Origin: a virus
Reading direction: 5' to 3' (one strand)
Length of the DNA stretch: 64,000 nucleotides
Virus record (IMG/VR): IMGVR_UViG_3300020153_000001
Span: 32,001-96,000 of that record
Part shown: positions 36,738-45,430 of the stretch, one piece after another
Layout of the letters: the number at the start of each line of letters is the position of its first letter
Position numbering within the stretch: the stretch's first letter is position 1
Program-made: the position numbers and the translations under genes
Notes under the pieces: generated by a model
Told to the model about the DNA's origin: nothing
What the model saw: the letters and a program-made list of their open reading frames with translations, nothing else
Database searches by the model: none

Positions 36738-36932
36738 TCATTTTACTATAACCGGGTCCCCCTTCCGGGGGACCACGACGACTCCCCCGGACGAGGTGAC
36801 GACGACGATGTCATCACCCCGCCGGACGACGGCGACCGTCCCGGGGAGCGACTCAATCTGGGAAGGGGGCGCAGAACACCCCCCTCCCCCCATCGCGGCT
36901 AGGATGATTAAAGCAATGAACGCCCTTTTCAT
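36738..36932 (-). CDS. Small putative lipoprotein
   Basis: MKRAFIALIILAAMGGGGC signal-peptide-II-like N-terminus, 64 aa, AGGAGG SD; start moved to ATG 36932. Confidence 0.55.
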   Translation of the reverse strand: MKRAFIALIILAAMGGGGCSAPPSQIESLPGTVAVVRRGDDIVVVTSSGGVVVVPRKGDPVIVK

Positions 36933-37129
36933 CTTTTTATTCCTCCTTTTATAAAAGGAACTTTTTCCGACCCACATATAAATGCCAATTTTTAATGCAT
37001 TATTCGGGAATCTTTCCTCCTTCCCTAATACGCGCCTTGTAGCAAGGAGCTTTTCCCTAGCCGCTACGTCATTCTTATAAATAAGGAAGAATATAAAAAG
37101 CGGCAAGTTTTGGGGATAAGAAGACCTTT

Positions 37130-37149
37130 TTTTGACTCCGGAGTCAAAA
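37130..37149. repeat. 20-bp palindrome, copy 10
   Basis: Exact, T7/A7 flanks (37127-37152). Confidence 0.98.
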
Positions 37150-37325
37150 AAATAAAGAGGAGGGGTGAAAAGGAGTTATGAATACAATAAACATCCTCTA
37201 TAATTGAGGGAAGAAGTTTTAAAAATAAAAAAATAGAAGTGGAGCTTATAAACCGTTTTGTAGGCGTTTAATCTTAAAAAAGAGCCATCTCCATAAGATG
37301 AATGACGCGGCAAGGCGCCGATTAA

Positions 37326-37393
37326 GCCGGTCTCCGACGGCGGAAACGGCGGCTTGTACCCGCCGAAGCGGGGTTCGACTCCCCGGACCGGCT
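37326..37393 (+). tRNA. tRNA-Thr(UGU)-like, compact non-canonical cloverleaf, 68 nt
   Basis: Acceptor GCCGGTC/GACCGGC, anticodon stem CGGCGG/CCGCCG with loop CTTGTAC, T-arm CGGGG-TTCGACT-CCCCG, minimal D-arm; no CCA. Confidence 0.7.
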
Positions 37394-37395
37394 GT

Positions 37396-37463
37396 GCCTG
37401 CCTGATGCGGCATCGACGCTGATTCGTACTCAGCGGAAGGGGGTTCGACTCCCCCGGCAGGCT
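37396..37463 (+). tRNA. tRNA-Thr(CGU)-like, compact non-canonical cloverleaf, 68 nt
   Basis: Acceptor GCCTGCC/GGCAGGC, D-arm GATG-CGG-CATC, anticodon stem CGCTGA/TCAGCG with loop TTCGTAC, T-arm GGGGG-TTCGACT-CCCCC; no CCA. Confidence 0.7.
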
Positions 37464-37513
37464 ATTAACTAATAGACCTATCTTTTATCATTATTAATAA
37501 AAATAAATAAATG

Positions 37514-37604
37514 AAAATTCCGCAGAATTCCCGTTTTTCACTGCCGAATTTCTGCAAAATTTCCGCAAAATTCCTGCTGAATTCTGCGGAATTCCTGCAA
37601 AATC
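37514..37604. repeat. Imperfect 10-11-bp tandem repeats with a 15-bp inverted repeat
   Basis: gaatttctgca/aaatttccgca/aaattcctgct/gaattctgcg/gaattcctgca (37546-37599); AATTCCGCAGAATTC (37516-37530) is the reverse complement of 37579-37593. Confidence 0.8.
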
Positions 37605-37828
37605 AACGTATTAATTTGGCCGTAATCGCTATGAATCCAATCATCCTGCAATTCGTGCGCCAGCCAACTAAAGCGATTAGCCGATAAGCACGACAAATTT
37701 AACTAATTACCTTCCACATACACAATACTAGCTAAAAAATAAAAATTCTAGACTGAGGGTAGAAGCTTTGAACGGCCCCCTCAGCCAACCCAAGCTCCTT
37801 TCGGGGGAAGTGGGAGGAAGATGGATAA

Positions 37829-37916
37829 TTGGCCGCCTGCTTCATTGCCAGGGCGGGGCCCTTTCTGCGGTCGAACCGCACCGGAACCTCGCCCCGGCCG
37901 GCCGTCTGGCGGCCAA
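37829..37916 (-). ncRNA. Candidate structured RNA (family unknown)
   Basis: Closing stem TTGGCCGCC/GGCGGCCAA, internal GGGGC/GCCCC stem and TGCGG-TTCGA-CCGCA hairpin; follows the promoter motif. Confidence 0.45.
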
Positions 37917-37947
37917 CGAATATAAATAATACCCTTTGGGGTCACAC

Positions 37948-37978
37948 TTAAATGCCATTGTTTTGCCAATTGTTTAAC
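37948..37978 (-). promoter_or_regulatory. Promoter-like motif variant GTTAAA-N16-GGCATTTAA
   Basis: Same spacing; 6 nt downstream of palindrome copy 11. Confidence 0.55.
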
Positions 37979-37984
37979 GAAATT

Positions 37985-38004
37985 TTTTGACTCCGGAGTC
38001 AAAA
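37985..38004. repeat. 20-bp palindrome, copy 11
   Basis: Exact; intergenic. Confidence 0.98.
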
Positions 38005-38041
38005 GATTTGATCTTCTGAACGTGCTCCTCCAAAGATAAAT

Positions 38042-38087
38042 AAAAAAGGGGGCTGGTCGAGCATAGTTTCCCTGGCTCGACCAGCCC
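38042..38087 (-). terminator. Intrinsic terminator
   Basis: 13-bp stem GGGCTGGTCGAGC/GCTCGACCAGCCC with U-tract. Confidence 0.75.
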
Positions 38088-38324
38088 TTTTAACGGCCGG
38101 TTCACCACGTCTTGATCCCGATGAACCGGCCAACCAAATATAGCGCGGCCAAGGCCGCGATGAATGCCCTGGCCGCGCTACCGGCGTCCATATTGGCGGC
38201 GGCAACCGCCACCGCCAATACGAACGCGACAACGGCCGCCAACATTTCCCATCTCCTCAAAAAAGCAAGGAAAAAAACTAAAAACCCAGGGGAATCGGAC
38301 CGCCCGATTCAAGCTTAAATGCCG

Positions 38325-38552
38325 CTACTTTGACAAAAAATATACCGCTATAAATACAATAAGCGGCGTCAGTGCCGTCATGCCTAGCTTAAACCCAAAG
38401 TCGCCGCCTATAAGCACAGCCGCCGCAATAGCGAGCGAAGCTGCAGCTATACCGATAGGTAGGCCGAACTTCGCATTCTGGGCGTATTCATTAACTATCA
38501 GCGGTAGAAAGAACAATCCAGTCGCAACGGCGGCCAAAATTAACCCGTCCAT
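38325..38552 (-). CDS. Small membrane protein
   Basis: 75 aa, mostly hydrophobic, AAGGA SD. Confidence 0.55.
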   Translation of the reverse strand: MDGLILAAVATGLFFLPLIVNEYAQNAKFGLPIGIAAASLAIAAAVLIGGDFGFKLGMTALTPLIVFIAVYFLSK

Positions 38553-38630
38553 TGTCGTGTCCTTTCGCTTCCATTAAGCCGTTAAAAATATCGACAGAGG
38601 GCACCAGCCTCTAATAGTACGACGCCTGAT

Positions 38631-39029
38631 TTAGTTCTCGATAACAGGAAGCATGTCTATAGCAATAACGGCCCGTAACAGATTAGCAAGGTCGCGGTCA
38701 AAGTCCACATCATTAGTAGTTACGTATAGCTTGTTATTTCGACACCCTACCCTTGTCTCATATAATATGCTTTCGATCTTTTTCGTGTTTTGTTCGTACT
38801 TATCATCTTCTCTTAGATCTCTAATCGTACTTCCGTTGTCATCTATGGTAAAACCATCCCCTTGCTCTCTTACATAAAGCTCGATATGATAACCTTTGCG
38901 TGATTTAATAGGGCAGAATACGATAACGTGATCGTCAAATAATGTATAATCGAATCCCAACGTCATCTGGCACAAATACTTGCGCAATAGCGTCTCAAGA
39001 TTCAGTTTAGCCTTCGTTTCGTGTTTCAT
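38631..39029 (-). CDS. DUF1828-like protein
   Basis: IELYVREQGDGFTIDDNGSTIRDL resembles the DUF1828 core (recalled, not searched). Confidence 0.5.
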   Translation of the reverse strand: MKHETKAKLNLETLLRKYLCQMTLGFDYTLFDDHVIVFCPIKSRKGYHIELYVREQGDGFTIDDNGSTIRDLREDDKYEQNTKKIESILYETRVGCRNNKLYVTTNDVDFDRDLANLLRAVIAIDMLPVIEN

Positions 39030-39062
39030 CGAAGCCCTTTCTTAAAAGAGACCAAAAACCAT

Positions 39063-39082
39063 TTTTGACTCCGGAGTCAAAA
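39063..39082. repeat. 20-bp palindrome, copy 12
   Basis: Exact; at a divergent strand switch. Confidence 0.98.
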
Positions 39083-39164
39083 TGCCGGGGCGATTCATAA
39101 GAGCATAGAAATATGATAGATTGGAGATTGGGCAAACCGTATTTCCGTAACGGAGGAAGAACGC

Positions 39165-39554
39165 GTGGAGAAGCGATTTCTGCCTGTAAAGAAGAAAACG
39201 GTCATCGAAATTTGCCTGCTTTTGGGGTTTGATGAGAATTTTGAAAATCTCAGCCAGAAAGAGAAGGATATCGTTACAGCTGTTGTTTTTGTCGCTTACA
39301 AATACGACGCTGAGATTGTGAGAATTATATTTAGAAAGTATAAAGATCAGCTTCTCGATAATATAGAGACAGCGGATATCAAGCTAGGCATAGCAGATAA
39401 TACGTGGGCTACCATCTTTATCAACGGCATACCTCAAAAATGGTATGATATTAAAAACGCGAAGTTTATAGACGATACCCCTATCGTGCTAGACGCCCGA
39501 GTGTTCGATATAAAAGGGATTACTAAGCTCATTGAGCTTCGGCTTACCGACTAA
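39165..39554 (+). CDS. Hypothetical protein
   Basis: GTG start with GGAGG SD; bracketed by palindrome copies 12 and 13. Confidence 0.6.
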   Translation: MEKRFLPVKKKTVIEICLLLGFDENFENLSQKEKDIVTAVVFVAYKYDAEIVRIIFRKYKDQLLDNIETADIKLGIADNTWATIFINGIPQKWYDIKNAKFIDDTPIVLDARVFDIKGITKLIELRLTD

Positions 39555-39560
39555 GCCGAA

Positions 39561-39580
39561 TTTTGACTCCGGAGTCAAAA
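39561..39580. repeat. 20-bp palindrome, copy 13
   Basis: Exact, extends to 24 bp; intergenic. Confidence 0.98.
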
Positions 39581-39600
39581 TTTTTAGAAAGAACCACCAA

Positions 39601-40302
39601 ATGAGCCGACTGACAGCCATATTTGAAGACCCCGAATCGACCCCTCCCATTCTTTATCTTGCTCTTGCAGAAAAATATGGACCAAACGTATTAGACGGAG
39701 AGTATGCTGCTATTAAAGCCGAGCTAGAAGAAGAATTGGGCCATGAAGTAAACGAGAGCATAATGAATAAGGTCATGGCGGCAATAAGCGTCATGACAAA
39801 TGATTATTGGCAGAACCGCATTATAGACTTTAGCCGAGTTACGATAGCGCTTGCGACGGGCGCATTTGATCTACTAAACTACAGACCACCTTCTGTCTAC
39901 GAGATCGCGATCGCAAGCGTCGATATATGTCTGCTCAGGACGGGCTACCCGCTTATTTTCGCGGACAGGATAAAACGATTTGTTAATCTTTCCTGCAGCG
40001 CCGAGCAGTACGTATTAGTACCTAAGATCATCAACTACTTATATGACGTAGACAACAACTTCCGCGCAATTAATGCTTGGCAGGGCGATAAGCCCATGAT
40101 GGATGCCGTCTATGCGATAGCGAAAACGAAGGTTGATAAGGTAGATATGGACGTGATTGAGCAGTTCCAGAGATTTATTGACTGCGCGTATCGGCACGGA
40201 TATGAGGCGTCTGCTAAATATGCTACCGCGATGCTAACAGCATATAGCGAAAGTAAGTCTGCGTTTTTCAGCTTCAAAAGCGCTGTAGAGGCAGAGAAAT
40301 AA
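39601..40302 (+). CDS. Hypothetical protein
   Basis: Start moved to ATG 39601 (MSRLTAIFED) to avoid overlap with 39165..39554. Confidence 0.6.
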   Translation: MSRLTAIFEDPESTPPILYLALAEKYGPNVLDGEYAAIKAELEEELGHEVNESIMNKVMAAISVMTNDYWQNRIIDFSRVTIALATGAFDLLNYRPPSVYEIAIASVDICLLRTGYPLIFADRIKRFVNLSCSAEQYVLVPKIINYLYDVDNNFRAINAWQGDKPMMDAVYAIAKTKVDKVDMDVIEQFQRFIDCAYRHGYEASAKYATAMLTAYSESKSAFFSFKSAVEAEK

Positions 40303-40318
40303 ATAAAGTTCAATATCT

Positions 40319-40380
40319 AAAAAGAGAGCAGAGAGGGGCTGGTGGCTACAAATACCAGCCAACCAGCCCCTCCCCTTTTA
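40319..40380. terminator. Probable bidirectional terminator between convergent genes
   Basis: GAGGGGCTGGT/ACCAGCCCCTC stem with A-tract on the left and T-tract on the right. Confidence 0.7.
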
Positions 40381-40402
40381 ATTTCTAATTTTGTCTTAAT
40401 CT

Positions 40403-41182
40403 TTAGTCAGCAGATCTGCCCGGACGAGGGTGGGACAACAAGAACCACCCATCAAGGCCCCTAATCTCCTCATGCTCCGGGGCAGTAACCGGGCCTGTAA
40501 TCTTGGCCAGAGCGTAGGCCGTATCCTTGTTCTCGTCAAACCACCTTATCCAGGTCTGGACCGTAACTTTATGGTTATAAAGCGTCTTTACCAGGTCTTC
40601 ATCAAATGGGTCCGGCGACACTCCATATAGATTGACGGGGATGATACTAAGGTTTCCCTGTTTTATTGGAACACACTCTGTATTTTCGTCAAATCTGATA
40701 TCAACCGTCGGTATGTCGCCCGCCTCTTCTAGAATCCATGCATAGCTTAGTCCGGATGCCACATACCATGAGACGGACTCGTATCCTCGGCTTCTGAACA
40801 TATTCAATATGTTTTCTCCGCCTTTTCTTGCGTGGGCGGGCGGGAATATGTCTCTAACGTAACGCCATAACTTTAGTTTGCCGGGCAGCTCGGCCCGGTG
40901 ACATCCCGACCGGCTTGTCAAATCCCGACCGATAAGCGCGAATCCTTCCGCCGCCTCGTACGTCCATGCTGGGATATCTTCTTCTCCTTTAATAGAATTG
41001 GGCATAACCGGATTTCCCTGTATCTTACGTATGCATAAATGATCCTCAAAGTTAACGTTGACTTTATTAACGTAAAAGCCAGTCTGATATCCTTCATGGT
41101 CTACTTTGACTGCAGGGACAAATAAAAAGTTGGTCGCGTCGATAGTCACGTCAACAGCTTTCGGTTCGGTAGCGATAGACAT
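40403..41182 (-). CDS. Hypothetical accessory protein
   Basis: 259 aa, AGGAGG SD. Confidence 0.65.
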   Translation of the reverse strand: MSIATEPKAVDVTIDATNFLFVPAVKVDHEGYQTGFYVNKVNVNFEDHLCIRKIQGNPVMPNSIKGEEDIPAWTYEAAEGFALIGRDLTSRSGCHRAELPGKLKLWRYVRDIFPPAHARKGGENILNMFRSRGYESVSWYVASGLSYAWILEEAGDIPTVDIRFDENTECVPIKQGNLSIIPVNLYGVSPDPFDEDLVKTLYNHKVTVQTWIRWFDENKDTAYALAKITGPVTAPEHEEIRGLDGWFLLSHPRPGRSAD

Positions 41183-41221
41183 AAAACGCCTCCTTTTTTG
41201 AAAAAGGGTAACACTACAGAC

Positions 41222-41265
41222 AAAAAACGACGACCACCAGTAAAACCTGCTACTAATGGTCGTCG
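41222..41265 (-). terminator. Terminator after csrA
   Basis: CGACGACCA/TGGTCGTCG stem then U6. Confidence 0.6.
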
Positions 41266-41287
41266 CCCACGCGGGTATACAAAAAAA

Positions 41288-41479
41288 TCACTCGGTTGAC
41301 GCTTGCTTTTTCATCTTTTCTTCTAGCTCGCCCCGCCATATTTTTACTTCGGGAGGGGCGTCTATGGCCAATCTAACCTTCCCTGCCCGCTTGTCGATAT
41401 CCGTTACGACTATCCTTATCGAAATGTTACCGTGGTTGATGACAAGGGTTTCGTTCTTTCTTCGCGCAAGTACTAGCAT
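41288..41479 (-). CDS. csrA: CsrA/RsmA-family translational regulator
   Basis: MLVLARRKNETLVI...KVRLAIDAPPEVKIWRGEL matches the family signature; AAGGAG SD. Confidence 0.9.
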   Translation of the reverse strand: MLVLARRKNETLVINHGNISIRIVVTDIDKRAGKVRLAIDAPPEVKIWRGELEEKMKKQASTE

Positions 41480-41530
41480 TTCGACTCCTTTCTAAAAAGG
41501 GAAAGAAAAATATGGCCTGATACAAAAAAG

Positions 41531-41890
41531 TGGAGGCGGCGGGAATCGAACCCGCGTCCCGCGGCGGCCTTCGGATAGGCCTGGTACGTGCGTAGTCGGT
41601 TTTTGAATTTCGCCAGCCGGGGCCCAACCGACAGGGCCATCTCGACGGCTAGCCGGCCTTGAAGTTTAATCTTGGGCCAAACCGGCGCCGACCCAAGACG
41701 AGCCGGAATTGCCGACCGGTTTTCGGGCCTCTCCGGCAAAAGCCCTCAACCGGGCTGCCTATCGACTAAGCAGCAATCGCGAGCGGCTGCTCGGCGTGTA
41801 ATTTTGCAGTCGGCTTTTAACGTGGCCAGCCGACCAACCACGGCACGGTGCCTATCGCCAGAGCCGTCCGGTCGAATCCAATTCGCCCCC
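41531..41890 (-). ncRNA. ssrA: tmRNA
   Basis: 5' GGGGGCG pairs with 3' CGCCTCC-A (G3:U70 Ala identity); GGATTCGAC and GGTTCGATTCC motifs; tag ORF 41807-41766 = AKLHAEQPLAIAA-stop. Confidence 0.95.
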
Positions 41891-41895
41891 AATAA

Positions 41896-41904
41896 TTAAA
41901 TGCC
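41896..41904 (-). promoter_or_regulatory. GGCATTTAA element 5 nt upstream of tmRNA
   Basis: Matches the downstream box of the repeated motif; upstream box absent. Confidence 0.4.
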
Positions 41905-42039
41905 ACAATTATTAATGAAGACAGCTGTTTCTATCTATGAGCTTATTCGCTCTCAGGCAATTCAATGGATGTCGGTAGTCAAATACGAGTTCCCAGGCAC
42001 GGCGAGGTTTGTACTCGTATAGTGCCTCGATGATTTGAT

Positions 42040-42261
42040 CTACCAAAGCGATACAATGGCCGACTCTGGGAACGCACACAGCCGATTTGCCTCTGCGAGA
42101 AAAGCTCGCACACTGGCCCACTTGTTCAGTTGCGCCCAGCGATCTCCATCAACGCGTAGGTCGAGGATGTACGTCGTAATATCGCTGAGTGCCTCAGAGA
42201 TCAGATGGCTTGCGAGCGCACGTCTGTCTTTAGGTGACAATATATTATGCTCCTCTGACAC
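42040..42261 (-). CDS. Small hypothetical protein
   Basis: 73 aa, coupled to the radical SAM gene. Confidence 0.5.
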   Translation of the reverse strand: MSEEHNILSPKDRRALASHLISEALSDITTYILDLRVDGDRWAQLNKWASVRAFLAEANRLCAFPESAIVSLW

Positions 42262-43015
42262 GATAAGGTACCTCTTGATGCTGTCGGTTTCTATAAGCTT
42301 CCCATTTTTCTGAAGATCTCAGCCACGTTTCAGACATTAATATACCATATTTTTTCTTACAACTACTAGCAAACTTTTTGTCGAGTCCCAGCGTGCAACC
42401 ACAATGAGAACATAACTTTCTTTGATGCTCGACGATAAAGTCTGGGTCGAATAGATCACTCAAGTTCGGTGTTCTGGCACCAAGCCCTAAAACGGCATCT
42501 AAAGCACCGCCTATACAGCAGAACGTATAGCCTACAGAGTCCAAGGAAATCCCACACCTACCCGGATTACAGGAACACAAATAGCACGGTTCCCGCGTAA
42601 TACCTAAATCGATTGGCGCTACACAATAATCTAATATGCTATGGACGATACTATACCTTTGTGGTGCGTTACCTAACACGACTCCCTTGGCCAGAGCCCA
42701 ACTTAACAATAGTTGCGAGTCTTGGGTGGCGCCGTTTGTGAAAACGTAGACTTCATTGAAATGTTTAAGCCCAAGATCGACAAAATTGAGAAAGTCAGGA
42801 TGAAGCGTTGGCTCCCCACCAAGAATAATGACCGTATGGAATCCATACTTTGGAGCTTCTTCGCAACACTTCTTAGCGTCATCTAATGTCATATCCGGTG
42901 TATGTGTGTCGTTAAGAAACGCAAAACGATTACAACCAACGCATCGTAGATTGCACTTATACGTGATATGCCATTCAACTTTGCCGCTTTTTGGTCTGTA
43001 GTCTTTGGTATTCAT
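42245..43015 (-). CDS. Radical SAM protein, paralog 1
   Basis: CNLRCVGC, GGEPTLHPDF, FTNG, Cys-rich SPASM/twitch-like tail. Confidence 0.9.
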   Translation of the reverse strand: MNTKDYRPKSGKVEWHITYKCNLRCVGCNRFAFLNDTHTPDMTLDDAKKCCEEAPKYGFHTVIILGGEPTLHPDFLNFVDLGLKHFNEVYVFTNGATQDSQLLLSWALAKGVVLGNAPQRYSIVHSILDYCVAPIDLGITREPCYLCSCNPGRCGISLDSVGYTFCCIGGALDAVLGLGARTPNLSDLFDPDFIVEHQRKLCSHCGCTLGLDKKFASSCKKKYGILMSETWLRSSEKWEAYRNRQHQEVPYRVRGA

Positions 43016-43748
43016 ATCTGCTCGCCTTTAACCAGGAATCGGACAGGTAAATCCTATCGACTAGATGCAGCATTGACTTTTGAACCTTCTTATCTAGTCC
43101 CATGAACGCGCCGCAACGCTTGCATAACTGTTCCGTCTGCCATCTAGCAAAGTCTGGGTCGAACAGATCGGCTAACTTTTTCGTCCTTACATTAAGGCTT
43201 CTTAATGAATCGATAACACCTCCGATGCAACACACAGTATAACCTAGGCTATCTACCGAAAAACCACAACCCCAACCTGAACATCCCGAATGCCAGTCGC
43301 ACGGTGTTGTTCTATTTATCCCAAAGTCAGACGGATCTATAAATGTGTCTTTCACAAATGCTCGATAAAACGCCTTGATATTCTTCTTAAAAGAACCGCG
43401 GTCTATAAGAGCCCCTTTTGATTCAGCCCAAGCAAGAATATAATGCGTTGCCTCTGTAAAGCCGTTAGAAACAATCTTTATACGTGCAACGTGCGGATGT
43501 AGGCGATCAACGAAATTCAATATATCTGGGTGCAATGTCGGCTCGCCACCTAGTAACACTATTGTGAACCTTTTTCCCAACGCTAGCATTTGCTCGATAA
43601 ACGAGTCAACATCTCGCATTGTCATATCGGGGACAGGAATATCAGCAATAGAGAGGCCTCTATTGCAGCCCGGACAACGTAGATTACATCGATACGTTAT
43701 ATGGAACTCGGCCGCGTTATTCTTTGGTGTATAGTCTGGCGCTGTCAT
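42975..43748 (-). CDS. Radical SAM protein, paralog 2
   Basis: CNLRCPGC, GGEPTLHPD, VSNG, Cys-rich tail; clear duplicate of paralog 1. Confidence 0.9.
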   Translation of the reverse strand: MTAPDYTPKNNAAEFHITYRCNLRCPGCNRGLSIADIPVPDMTMRDVDSFIEQMLALGKRFTIVLLGGEPTLHPDILNFVDRLHPHVARIKIVSNGFTEATHYILAWAESKGALIDRGSFKKNIKAFYRAFVKDTFIDPSDFGINRTTPCDWHSGCSGWGCGFSVDSLGYTVCCIGGVIDSLRSLNVRTKKLADLFDPDFARWQTEQLCKRCGAFMGLDKKVQKSMLHLVDRIYLSDSWLKASRYEYQRLQTKKRQS

Positions 43749-45430
43749 AGGGATCTGGCTCTATCGAGGGCATTGACTACCGTCTCTAATATCTTGTTAT
43801 TATCAAACTGAGCCTCCGCGTACTCTCTAACAACGCTCCTGTCAAACTCCATCGCAGCACGCAAAGCGTCCACGTAGATTTTAAACTCAGGCAGGCTAGA
43901 TTTGGCTTGAGGAATTGCGGGCACAAAAATGCCGGTAACACCGTCTGTTATAAACGGAGCGCCTCTTGTAACCCCTACGATAGGACAGCCGGAAAGGAGG
44001 ATTTCCGCGGTAGCTATACCGCCAGACTCGTCTTGAGATAGATACGCGCATGCCCTAGACCTGGCAGCAACGTGAAATAGCTCTTCACGCTTATAGCTGC
44101 CATATCTAATGATGACACTTTTTGGAAATAGTTTAACTAATAGCTCAGTTAAACCTTCTGGTACGTAATTTTTGACATAAACAAGGAGGTCATACGTTGG
44201 ATCTTTAGGGCCATCTGGCCAAGGATCGACGGGGTACGGCCATAAAACTATTTCGGCGTTATTGAGCGGCCCCCTATTAGCGATTACAAGATTTTTATAC
44301 CACTCACTGTGGCAAAATATCATTCGACAGGTGGCGGCGTCTAATATGGAGGATTCTAGTTTGTCTATCCTAGGCCGACGTGAATTAATAAAGAAAACGT
44401 TAGGACCCACCACAAAAGGCCCAGTCTCATCTGCCCATCGGACGATCTTTTGCCTATCTCCTAGCCACCAAAACCAGGGCAATACTGCTTTGCTAATAGG
44501 CTGGTCTGTTATTTGCAACCAATCTAAACCCTTCTTTATTCTGTCTTTCAGTAGCTTTTGAAGGGCGAACATCCCTATACCGGGACCAGCGTTAAATGGA
44601 GACTTCAAGTTGCCTATCAGATTAACTCTTTTGCCTGTACCGGAAGTGTGAACCATCGGCGGCTTATCGCCGCTAGTATGCGGTGTCTGATGTTGTATGT
44701 CGGCTTTGACGTTGGGGGATGGGGGCTGGTTCAATAGCTGACCGCCTGGTAGTTCTATGGGAAACGTATTCCAAGGTCGACTCCATCGTATGTCTATTTT
44801 TTCGCATTTTTTAATCGTTCGTTGCCCTAATTTTACGTAGTCGCTCGCGCTCATGTGGTATGAATTCGTACCATCCCATCTATAAACAAGGTACGGCGGA
44901 TAGTACTTGCACGGGTCAACTTCTTTGAACTTGGCTGCTATCAGTCGACCACCAAACTCCTGATCTTCTCCGCTATTTAGATTCTTGTAGCCGCCTATTT
45001 TGTAGAAAGCATCTTTTCTAAACGCCCACGATGGATGATATACATTTTGTGATGGCATAGCCTTTAGCTTGTTATCTTTGAACGACAATACAAGACTAGG
45101 CCTGCAAAAATCGCCCTCCTTTAACGCCCTTGCGCAGGCAGAAAACCAGTGCGGCAGGTAAATATCATCGTCGTCGGCAACGAGGAATCCTTCTGCATCC
45201 GGGCTAGCCAGAGCAATACATGCGTTTCTTTTCTCGCCTAACGAGTTAAAGCGGCGAGGTATAGATATAATTCGCCATCCGTCACCCTCTTGATTACCAT
45301 ACTGGCCGGCGTCATCTAGTATAATTAGCTCTCTTAGCGCCTTTGGGTAATCTTGGTATAAAAAGCACTGGATGAGCTCGCCTAATAAATGGGGCCTATC
45401 ATATGTTACGCAGACGGCTGTCAGCTTCAT
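43745..45430 (-). CDS. Two-domain glycosyltransferase (GT-A/GT2 + GT-B-like)
   Basis: ILDDAG and ADDDDIY (DxD) in the N-terminal half; ESGGIATAEILLSGCPIV in the C-terminal half. Confidence 0.85.
   Translation of the reverse strand: MKLTAVCVTYDRPHLLGELIQCFLYQDYPKALRELIILDDAGQYGNQEGDGWRIISIPRRFNSLGEKRNACIALASPDAEGFLVADDDDIYLPHWFSACARALKEGDFCRPSLVLSFKDNKLKAMPSQNVYHPSWAFRKDAFYKIGGYKNLNSGEDQEFGGRLIAAKFKEVDPCKYYPPYLVYRWDGTNSYHMSASDYVKLGQRTIKKCEKIDIRWSRPWNTFPIELPGGQLLNQPPSPNVKADIQHQTPHTSGDKPPMVHTSGTGKRVNLIGNLKSPFNAGPGIGMFALQKLLKDRIKKGLDWLQITDQPISKAVLPWFWWLGDRQKIVRWADETGPFVVGPNVFFINSRRPRIDKLESSILDAATCRMIFCHSEWYKNLVIANRGPLNNAEIVLWPYPVDPWPDGPKDPTYDLLVYVKNYVPEGLTELLVKLFPKSVIIRYGSYKREELFHVAARSRACAYLSQDESGGIATAEILLSGCPIVGVTRGAPFITDGVTGIFVPAIPQAKSSLPEFKIYVDALRAAMEFDRSVVREYAEAQFDNNKILETVVNALDRARSL

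Noticed and set aside
41473-41899. ORFs overlapping the tmRNA
   Set aside because: Explained by the GC-rich tmRNA; only the tag peptide is credible
41912-42121. 69-aa ORF upstream of the tmRNA
   Set aside because: Overlaps 42040..42261 with no clear SD or start; not supported enough to list
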